From positions 34,660,001 to 34,724,000 of the forward strand of contig NC_086108.1 in NCBI RefSeq assembly GCF_963921235.1: DNA of 64,000 bases, written 5' to 3'. The notes beneath the pieces are model-generated. The model did not search any database. It had not been told where the DNA came from and saw only the letters and a list, made by a program, of their open reading frames with translations. The translations under genes were made by a program, and so were the position numbers. This document shows positions 62,422 to 64,000 of the stretch, piece by piece. The DNA comes from Mobula hypostoma (lineage: Eukaryota). Position 1 is the stretch's first letter. Each line of letters starts with the position of its first letter.

Positions 62422-64000
62422 ATGGATATGCAATGGCAGGCATTTAAAGGTTGCATGGATGAACTACAACAATTGTTCATCCCAGTTTGGCAAAAGAATA
62501 AATCAAGGAAGGTAGTGCACCCGTGGCTGACAAGAGAAATTAGGGATAGTATCAATTCCAAAGAAGTAGCATACAAATTAGCCAGAGAAAGTGGCTCACC
62601 TGAGGACTGGGAGAAATTCAGAGTTCAGCAGAGGAGGACAAAGGGCTTAATTAGGAAGGGGAAAAAAGATTATGAGAGAAAACTGGCAGAGAACATAAAA
62701 ACGGACTGTAAAAGCTTTTATAGATATGTAAAAAGGAAAAGACTGATAAAGACAAATGTAGGTCCCCTGCAAACAGAAACAGGTGAATTGATTATGGGGA
62801 GCAAGGACATGGCAGACCAATTGAATAATTACTTTGGTTCTGTCTTCACTAAGGAGGACATAAATAATCTTCCAGAAATAGTAAGGGACAGAGGGTCCAG
62901 TGAGATGGAGGAACTGAGCGAAATACATGTTAGTAGGGAAGTGGTGTTAGGTAAATTGAAGGGATTGAAGGCAGATAAATCCCCAGGGCCAGATGGTCTG
63001 CATCCCAGAGTGCTTAAGGAAGTGGCCCAAGAAATAGTGGATGCATTAGTGATAATTTTTCAAAACTCGTTAGATTCTGGACTAGTTCCTGAGGATTGGA
63101 GGGTGGCTAATGTAACCCCACTTTTTAAAAAAGGAGGGAGAGAGAAACCGGAGAATTATAGGCCGGTTAGCCTAACGTCGGTGGTGGGGAAACTGCTGGA
63201 GTCAGTTATCAAGGATGTGATAACAGCACATTTGGAAAGCGGTGAAATGATCGGACAAAGTCAGCATGGATTTGTGAAAGGAAAATCATGTCTGACGAAT
63301 CTCATAGAATTTTTTGAGGATGTAACTAGTAGAGTGGATAGGGGAGAACCAGTGGATGTGGTATATTTGGATTTTCAAAAGGCTTTTGACAAGGTCCCAC
63401 ACAGGAGATTAGTGTGGAAACTTAAAGCACACGGTATTGGGGGTAAGGTATTGGTGTGGGTGGAGAATTGGTTAGCAGACAGGAAGCAAAGAGTGGGAAT
63501 AAACGGGACCTTTTCAGAATGGCAGGCGGTGACTAGTGGGGTACCGCAAGGCTCAGTGCTGGGACCCCAGTTGTTTACAATATATATTAATGACTTGGAT
63601 GAGGGAATTAAATGCAGCATCTCCAAGTTTGCGGATGACACAAAGCTGGGTGGCAGTGTTAGCAGTGAGGAGGATGCTAAGAGGATGCAGGGTGACTTGG
63701 ATAGGTTGGGTGAGTGGGCAAACTCATGGCAGATGCAATTTAATGTGGATAAATGTGAAGTTATCCACTTTGGTGGCAAAAATAGGAAAACAGATTATTA
63801 TCTGAATGGTGGCCGATTAGGAAAAGGGGAGGTGCAACGAGACCTGGGTGTCATTATACACCAGTCATTGAAAGTGGGCATGCAGGTACAGCAGGCGGTG
63901 AAAAAGGCGAACGGTATGCTGGCATTTATAGCGAGAGGATTCGAGTACAGGAGCAGGGAGGTACTACTGCAGTTGTACAAGGCCTTGGTGAGACCACACC
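62422..64000 (+). mobile_element. 5'-truncated young CR1 copy (open RT frame running off the window), same subfamily as 32905-37123
   Basis: Reverse complement of ~33470-35047 with roughly 27 substitutions in ~1.58 kb by my manual count. Frame is open from ATG at 62428. Confidence 0.96.

Noticed and set aside
40503..64000. Next NOS1AP exon (IFYVSHDSQDLKIF...) and the preceding exon (YVGSLDVPRP...)
   Set aside because: Not found by eye in the window; probably outside it.

Overview
Eukaryotic, repeat-rich vertebrate DNA, most likely a cartilaginous fish (inferred from HER1/CR1-type LINEs and HE1/V-SINE-type repeats). The window lies inside the NOS1AP (CAPON) gene on the + strand. Two small PTB-domain exons are recognisable (16534-16626 and 40444-40502), plus a candidate 72-nt in-frame cassette exon between them (29775-29846). 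The rest is intronic and mostly transposons: a near-intact full-length CR1 LINE (32905-37123, - strand), a ~98%-identical 5'-truncated sister copy in the opposite orientation (62422-end), many older CR1, Rex1/Babar-like, L2 and RTE fragments, V-SINEs, Tc1/mariner, Tigger and hAT MITEs, a probable Helitron remnant and a Penelope-like fragment. Main leads: (1) a canonical -1 frameshift heptamer U_UUA_AAC at the ORF1/ORF2 junction of three divergent CR1 subfamilies; (2) dispersed Penelope-derived short repeats carrying a minimal hammerhead-ribozyme core, some folded into palindromes; (3) the candidate NOS1AP exon; (4) long inverted CR1 copies bracketing a NOS1AP exon. Repeat boundaries and family names were read by eye and are approximate. 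No prokaryotic features (CRISPR, operons) were seen.
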